Origin: Limisphaerales bacterium
Lineage (GTDB): Bacteria; Verrucomicrobiota; Verrucomicrobiia; Limisphaerales; SIBE01
Direction: 5' to 3'
Length of the DNA stretch: 64,000 bases
NCBI GenBank assembly: GCA_044225505.1
Contig: JBGAIN010000002.1
Coordinates: forward strand, 1-64,000
Shown: positions 59,678-64,000 of the stretch, one piece after another
Layout of the letters: the number at the start of each line of letters is the position of its first letter
Position numbering within the stretch: position 1 is the stretch's first letter
Translations under genes and position numbers: made by a program
Notes under the pieces: generated by a model
Seen by the model: only the letters and a program-made list of their open reading frames with translations
Databases searched by the model: none
Told to the model about the DNA's origin: nothing

Positions 59678-60934
59678 TCAAGGGAACAATCCGCGCATGC
59701 GTTTGGCTTCCTGAACGCGACGGATTCCAAGCGTCAGTGCGGCTTGTCGCATCGTCAGCGACTGCTTGCGGCTTAAGTTCAAGGTCTGCATGTAAGAGGT
59801 CTCCAGGATTCGAAAGAGCTTGTCGACCACCTCGGTCTCCGTCCAAAAGAAGCTCTGGAGATCTTGAACCCACTCGAAATACGAAACGATAACGCCCCCT
59901 GCATTGCACAAGATGTCCGGCACCACGAAGATACTCTCTCGCTGCGCTATGATAGCGTCCGCCTCAGGGGTCGTTGGACCATTCGCCGCCTCAGCGAGGA
60001 TTCGACATTGAATACTCGCAGCATTCTTCTCGGTGATCTGCCTTTCTAGAGCGGCCGGGACCAAAACGTCGCACGGGAGCAGCAGCAACTGATCATTTGA
60101 AACCGGATCGGCTTCGGTAAATCCGGTAACCTTTCCGTGCTCCGCAACGTACTTCTCGACCTTTCTAAGGTCCAAACCTTTGGCGTTATAGATCCCTCCC
60201 GTAACATCGCTCACGGCCAGTATCTTCGCGCCATATTTCGCCAAGGAATAGGCTGTGACGGAACCGACGTTTCCGAACCCTTGCACCACCACCGTCGCGC
60301 GCCCCATATCCAGCCCAATCGTGTCCATAGCGCGGTTAATCAAATATCCCACTCCGCGCCCGGTCGCTTCGCGGCGTCCCAATGAGCCACCCAGAACCAC
60401 GGGTTTTCCGGTAACGATACTGGGGACGCTATGCCCCGCATGGACCGAATAGGTGTCCATCATCCAAGCCATGATCTGTTCGTTCGTTCCGAGGTCGGGA
60501 GCCATGACGTCAACTTGGGGCCCGATGAACGGGATCATCTCTTGGGTATAGCGGCGCGTAAGCCGCTCCAATTCGCCGACGGTCAGAGTCCTTGGGTCAC
60601 ACGCAATGCCACCTTTGGCACCGCCGTACGGGAGACCAGCCAGAGCGCACTTCCAACTCATCCACATCGCTAAGGCAGCCACTTCGCCGAGTGTGACGTC
60701 AGGATGATAACGCAGTCCGCCTTTACTGGGGCCCAAGGTCAAGTGATGCTGAACTCGATAGCCAGCAAAGACCTGCGCCGTCCCGTCTTCGCGAAGTACC
60801 GGCAATGCGACCGTCAAAGATCGTTTCGGATACTTCAGACGTCCCCTTTCCAGCTCGGGGATTTGCAGTTGATCAGCCACGGCATCGAACTGCTGGCATG
60901 CCATGCGGAAGGTCGGATGGTCGTAGATGTCCAC
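59678..60934 (-). CDS. gdhA: Glu/Leu/Phe/Val dehydrogenase (glutamate dehydrogenase)
   Basis: GPSKGGLRY, GGAKGG, APDLGT, TGKP, QGFGNVG, EAANGP, NAGGVIVSYFEW. Confidence 0.92.
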   Translation of the reverse strand: MDIYDHPTFRMACQQFDAVADQLQIPELERGRLKYPKRSLTVALPVLREDGTAQVFAGYRVQHHLTLGPSKGGLRYHPDVTLGEVAALAMWMSWKCALAGLPYGGAKGGIACDPRTLTVGELERLTRRYTQEMIPFIGPQVDVMAPDLGTNEQIMAWMMDTYSVHAGHSVPSIVTGKPVVLGGSLGRREATGRGVGYLINRAMDTIGLDMGRATVVVQGFGNVGSVTAYSLAKYGAKILAVSDVTGGIYNAKGLDLRKVEKYVAEHGKVTGFTEADPVSNDQLLLLPCDVLVPAALERQITEKNAASIQCRILAEAANGPTTPEADAIIAQRESIFVVPDILCNAGGVIVSYFEWVQDLQSFFWTETEVVDKLFRILETSYMQTLNLSRKQSLTMRQAALTLGIRRVQEAKRMRGLFP

Positions 60935-61033
60935 GGCGAAAACCTAGCCCAAGCTAGCTTTTCAGGGAATCCTTTTGCGAGTCCCGGGCTTCTCTCTTTC
61001 CACTTACGGGGTCGATCGGTAGATTCACCAGGG

Positions 61034-61771
61034 ATGACAGAGAGCCTCGTAATCAACGAAATTTACTTGAGCCTCCAAGGCGAGAGCACTTTCGCCGGAC
61101 TGCCATGTATCTTTGTTCGCCTTACCGGTTGCGATTTGCGCTGCTCCTACTGCGATACCGCTTACGCATTCAAGGAAGGCCACCGGCAGACTCTGGAGTT
61201 CATCGAAAACGAGGTGAATCGACTCGCGATCCCCTATTCCACCGGCGCCACCCTCAGTCCGAGACTGCCACTCGTGGAACTAACTGGTGGCGAGCCACTC
61301 CTACAACATAACGCTCCCGCCTTAATGGCACGCCTCTGCGAGCGCGGATGGACGGTCCTGCTCGAAACGAGCGGCGCCCATGATATCGGTCGTGTGGACG
61401 CTCGCGTCCATCGAATCGTCGACCTGAAATGCCCAAGCTCCGGTGAAACCTCCCGGATTGTCTGGGCGAACCTCCCTCAGTTACGGCCTTCGGACGAGAT
61501 CAAGTTCGTCATCGCCACCGAGGAGGATTATCAATGGGCAAAAGGCGTCGTTGAAACTCATGGGTTGGCGAAGACTTGCCCCATACTCTTCTCCTGGGCC
61601 GCCCCATTAACGGCCGATCAACGAGATCCGTCTCTGAAAGCCTTTCCGCGCGGAATGCTCCCCTTATCCAGACGTGAATTGGTCGAACGGATCGTCGCCG
61701 ATGCGCTACCCGTTCGCTTTCAAGTCCAAATGCACAAGGTCATTTGGGCGCCTGACGAAAGAAGCGTCTAG
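61034..61771 (+). CDS. queE: 7-carboxy-7-deazaguanine synthase (radical SAM)
   Basis: INEIYLSLQGES, RLTGCDLRCSYCDT, TGGEP, LETSG, QVQMHK. Confidence 0.9.
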   Translation: MTESLVINEIYLSLQGESTFAGLPCIFVRLTGCDLRCSYCDTAYAFKEGHRQTLEFIENEVNRLAIPYSTGATLSPRLPLVELTGGEPLLQHNAPALMARLCERGWTVLLETSGAHDIGRVDARVHRIVDLKCPSSGETSRIVWANLPQLRPSDEIKFVIATEEDYQWAKGVVETHGLAKTCPILFSWAAPLTADQRDPSLKAFPRGMLPLSRRELVERIVADALPVRFQVQMHKVIWAPDERSV

Positions 61772-61823
61772 AACTCGTCCGAAAGATCCTGACAATCGCA
61801 GGGTCGAAGCTTACTGATTAGCC

Positions 61824-63173
61824 GTGCGTTGCACGTCTCAGCATGTTCTGAAACTGCTTCAACGTTTTGAATCGCGAAACGTTACGTTCATCGAGCCTGA
61901 CGGTTCCTGGCCAATTGTTTGGCATCGTGCCAAGGGTTGCCGAGTCTGGGATGGCAACGGCAAGAGTTACCTGGACCTGACAGCAGCTTTTGGTGTGGCG
62001 GCTGCAGGTCATGCCAATCCCAGCGTCGTCCGCGCGGCCCAGCGGCAGCTCACGCAACTAGTCCACGCCATGGGCGACGTTCATCCCCACGCCCTCAAAG
62101 CTGAATTGGCTCGAGAATTAAGCCGCATAACCTTCGAACGCTGGGCTCGCATCGCCCGGGACGCCGCAACCGCCCCGTCAACGGGCACGGCTCGTAACGC
62201 ACCCGACACACATGGCAAACTAATCTTCTGCAACTCCGGCTTTGAAGCTGTCGAAGCAGCTCTCAAGACGGCACTGCTCTACACAGGACGGGCAGGAGTA
62301 ATCGCTTTCCAAGGAGCCTATCACGGTCTGGGTTACGGAACTCTAAATGTGACTCATCGTGAGCATTTCCGGCACCCTTTCACGTCGCAACTCCGCGAAA
62401 TTACTGACTTCGTCGAATTTCCGGAGTCCACCAACGCCGTCGAAAAAGTCGAGAAAACCATCCGAAACCTGCTACACCGTAAGAAAATCGGCGCGATTCT
62501 GGTTGAACCCATTCAGGCTCGCGGTGGAATCCGCGTGCCTCCCAACGAGTTCCTTCCGATGTTGCGTGCGGTCTCCGAAACGACGGGAGCACTCCTGATC
62601 CTCGATGAGATCTACACAGGTTTCGGACGGACGGGAGCTTGGTTTGCCTGCGAACATTCCCGGGTCATTCCCGATCTGATTTGTCTGGGCAAGGCCATGA
62701 CCGGGGGTTTTCCATTGTCCGCTTGTATTGGACGAGCGGAGTTAATGGATGTCGCTTGGCCTTCATCGAGTGGCGAAGCTATCCACACCAGCACCTTCCT
62801 GGGCCATCCAGTGGGCTGTGCCATGGCGCTGGCCCAGATTAAGGAAATCCATCGGTTGCGACTCCCGGAACGTGCTGCCACGCTGGGTCGTAAGTTGGTA
62901 ACCGAGCTCCTGGGGATAAGAAAACGCTCCGATCTTCAATGGACAGTCCGAGGGCTTGGCCTCCTGGTGGGCATCGAATTCCGCGAACGGAACGAGAGGC
63001 CAGCGTCGACGCGAGTCTCGTGCTGGATGAAAGAGCTCCTTGCTCGTGGTTATATCGTTTTACCGGAGGGAGAAGCGGGCAATGTCCTGTCTTTTACTCC
63101 GCCGTTGACGATCACAGAAAAGCAACTGAACCGCGTCGTCACCGTCCTCGAGAATCTCCTTGAACTGTCCTGA
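61824..63173 (+). CDS. Class III PLP-dependent aminotransferase
   Basis: DGNGKSYLD, NSGFEAVE, GAYHG, VEPIQARGG, DEIYTGFGRTG, GKAMTGG, HTSTF. Confidence 0.9.
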   Translation: MRCTSQHVLKLLQRFESRNVTFIEPDGSWPIVWHRAKGCRVWDGNGKSYLDLTAAFGVAAAGHANPSVVRAAQRQLTQLVHAMGDVHPHALKAELARELSRITFERWARIARDAATAPSTGTARNAPDTHGKLIFCNSGFEAVEAALKTALLYTGRAGVIAFQGAYHGLGYGTLNVTHREHFRHPFTSQLREITDFVEFPESTNAVEKVEKTIRNLLHRKKIGAILVEPIQARGGIRVPPNEFLPMLRAVSETTGALLILDEIYTGFGRTGAWFACEHSRVIPDLICLGKAMTGGFPLSACIGRAELMDVAWPSSSGEAIHTSTFLGHPVGCAMALAQIKEIHRLRLPERAATLGRKLVTELLGIRKRSDLQWTVRGLGLLVGIEFRERNERPASTRVSCWMKELLARGYIVLPEGEAGNVLSFTPPLTITEKQLNRVVTVLENLLELS

Positions 63174-63608
63174 AGTCAGACGAAGGGCTACCATAGCCCG
63201 TGCATCCCTTGACTTTACTCTGTTAATGCAGGCTTCTCACGAAGGGACCGATGCCGAAGCTCATTTCGCAACAAAATGAGATAATAACCCGGCTTCTTTT
63301 GGCTGATATGCGATGAAATATGGCGAAAATCCAAGCGCGAAAGAAACTGCGCCGTCTCCCGATGGACGGTATCGTCCCTCCGATGCTGCCAAGGCGATGC
63401 AGCCTCGGCGCTGGGCTGCGGGCGATCATTAATCATTTGCATAACGGGTCCTGAATGAGCAAATTCCAGTCCAGAGCAGCGAGTGTCGAGGAAATTCTTA
63501 ACAAATCCCTGTCGCACGCCGCTGTCAGGGTTGATAAAAACCTCCCGAAAATAGACGGCCATCTCTTCTCCTGCCGGGCTCATCGTCTTGCAGGCGCCCT
63601 TGGATCAA

Positions 63609-64000
63609 ATGAATCTGACTGAAATCAGGCGAACACTCGCCGCCGAGAAGATCCAGCTGACAAAGTCGCTCGGTCAGAACTTTCTACATGACGGGCATCA
63701 ACTGGAAAAGATCGTTCGCGCCGGTGAGATTTCCCGGAGCGACAAGATTCTAGAAATTGGGCCCGGCTTGGGGGCCTTGACCCAATTGCTGGTGCGTGCA
63801 TCGCGGCAAGTCGTTTGCCTGGAAAAGGACAAACGTCTCGTGGACTATTTAAGCAGTCGCTTTGCCAACGAGCCCGGCTTGACCTTGATCCACGTAGATG
63901 CGCTTCGCTACCTGCAGGACAAACCCCAAGACTGGGCCGATTGGAAGGTGATTTCGAACCTTCCCTATTCCGTCGGTTCCCCCATCTTGGTGGAGCTTGC
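63609..64000 (+). CDS. rsmA: 16S rRNA adenine dimethyltransferase (partial, runs off window)
   Basis: Manual translation MNLTEIRRTLAAEKIQLTKSLGQNFLHD...LEIGPGLGALT...EKD...DAL...ISNLPYS. Confidence 0.92.
   Translation, partial: MNLTEIRRTLAAEKIQLTKSLGQNFLHDGHQLEKIVRAGEISRSDKILEIGPGLGALTQLLVRASRQVVCLEKDKRLVDYLSSRFANEPGLTLIHVDALRYLQDKPQDWADWKVISNLPYSVGSPILVEL

Noticed and set aside
63215..63583. 122-aa minus-strand ORF upstream of rsmA
   Set aside because: No recognisable homology; likely intergenic or promoter sequence.

Overview
GC-rich bacterial chromosomal window, probably Verrucomicrobiota (inferred from a LEPR-xLL-type giant protein, an FG-GAP protein with a C-terminal 'FYRL' domain, AsmA and BlaR1 architectures, and REP style). 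The left 14.8 kb is one minus-strand reading frame of at least 4,939 codons that runs off the window and is absent from the ORF track. It encodes a giant exoprotein with beta-helix-like repeats, an apparently dead LCAT-like hydrolase, a GFSRG hydrolase and a metzincin motif. The best novelty candidate is a four-gene operon at 18433-23336: a signal-less S8 protease ending in 15 Pro-[Ile/Val]-X repeats and an acidic tail, a B12-dependent RiPP-type radical SAM C-methyltransferase, a free-standing paralog of the protease propeptide, and a 2OG-Fe(II) oxygenase. I found no separate precursor gene, so the protease tail may itself be the modified substrate. The rest is mostly housekeeping and accessory genes (GH2, GH39, hisG, purN, pit, blaI/blaR1-like, can, hldD, AsmA, AGCS, hypFCDE, gdhA, queE, rsmA). 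Also seen: an unlisted 33-aa bS22-like ORF, Pho-box-like and BlaI-operator-like sites, a palindromic array of 11-bp repeats, a RAYT remnant and a REP pair, and three genes each broken by a single in-frame stop. All calls come from manual reading; no database searches were run.
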